A stretch of DNA of 64,000 nucleotides from a virus. This document shows, piece by piece, positions 63,829 through 64,000 of the stretch. Each line of letters begins with the position of its first letter. The stretch's first letter is position 1. The notes beneath the pieces are model-generated. The model searched no databases. It worked only from the letters and a program-made list of their open reading frames with translations, and was not told the origin of the DNA. The stretch is taken from the IMG/VR virus record IMGVR_UViG_3300045988_096313, positions 32,001 through 96,000 of that record; one strand, written 5' to 3'. The position numbers and the translations under genes are program-made.

Positions 63829-63842
63829 CGAGTGCCGACTCG
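63829..63842 (-). promoter_or_regulatory. variant leader hairpin CGAGT-CGGC-ACTCG (inverted copy)
   Basis: The 24-mer CCGAGTCGGCACTCGTAAAACGGT is shared with 57947..57970. Confidence 0.5.
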
Positions 63843-63902
63843 GAGGTGCAACCTCAGCTAAATTAATAATGTTATTGTGACCTTTCTTTCTTAATCACGA
63901 TG

Positions 63903-63910
63903 CAAAGGTA
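63903..63910 (-). promoter_or_regulatory. -7 promoter box (TACCTTTG on minus strand)
   Basis: The plus strand reads CAAAGGTA. TGTAACGT-type repeats lie at 63919, 63951 and 63986, upstream in the minus sense. Confidence 0.5.
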
Positions 63911-64000
63911 ACATATTTACGTTACACTGCCAAATATTTTAGAAAGAAAATGTAACGTATTTAGGTTAATTAACAAATATTCATTTGTAACGTACTATTC

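Noticed and set aside
1-64000. CRISPR arrays, rRNA or tRNA genes, integrase and attachment sites, and an alternative genetic code.
   Set aside because: - I saw no regularly spaced direct repeats with unique spacers.
- I found no cloverleaf-compatible sequences in the intergenic regions inspected by eye. tRNAscan-SE should still be run.
- No tyrosine or serine recombinase motifs appear in any ORF.
- Long uninterrupted ORFs under the standard code argue against stop-codon reassignment.

Overview
The whole 64 kb window appears to be tailed-phage or prophage DNA from a Bacteroidota host. I saw no clear host housekeeping genes. The host call rests on about 26 strand-matched copies of the Bacteroidota sigma-A -7 box TAnnTTTG (mostly TATCTTTG or TACCTTTG) in front of operons.

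Layout:
- 1-4 kb: small early-type genes, including a transcription factor with sigma region-4-like and RNAP alpha-CTD-like segments.
- 4-7.1 kb: an accessory island with a JAB-like protein, an HD-domain alarmone hydrolase, a RelA/SpoT-like synthetase and a ParB-like protein.
- 7.5-21.1 kb: terS, terL, portal, a Dit-like protein and a 2601-aa tail fibre ending in a Peptidase_S74-type chaperone. The distal third of the fibre and the two following genes form a sharply AT-richer cassette.
- 23-28.5 kb (minus strand): an ORFan operon headed by two paralogous HTH regulators.
- 28.7-30 kb: a lysis cassette with a GH108 endolysin.
- 32.6-38 kb: a replication and modification block. It holds a structured leader, a Rep-like protein, an RNase H fusion, a C5-MTase, a gene fragment and an intact TnpB.
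- 39-55 kb: a long array of tiny genes, with a Dam MTase, a YopX protein and DUF551-like paralogs.
- 55.7-64 kb: a switch-like region with a KilAC antirepressor, an XRE repressor, a Rha-type protein, an RHH protein and inverted paralogous cassettes.

I could not recognise a major capsid protein, tail tube, tape measure or integrase in this window.

Most notable observations:
1. A 21-25-nt hairpin-plus-tail box occurs 12 times with compensatory base changes.
2. A riboswitch- or attenuator-like leader sits ahead of the Rep-like gene.
3. A promoter-driven structured small RNA lies antisense to the leader of an RHH gene.
4. Two ORF-free structured regions lie at 42.9-43.4 kb and 48.3-48.5 kb.
5. 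The phage carries a RelA/SpoT-like synthetase and an HD hydrolase together.
6. The TnpB gene sits behind a phage-type promoter and box, with no room for a normal left end.
7. A perfect 135-bp inverted repeat lies inside diverged paralogs 5.5 kb apart.

All calls come from reading the sequence and the supplied translations. No database search or folding program was run.
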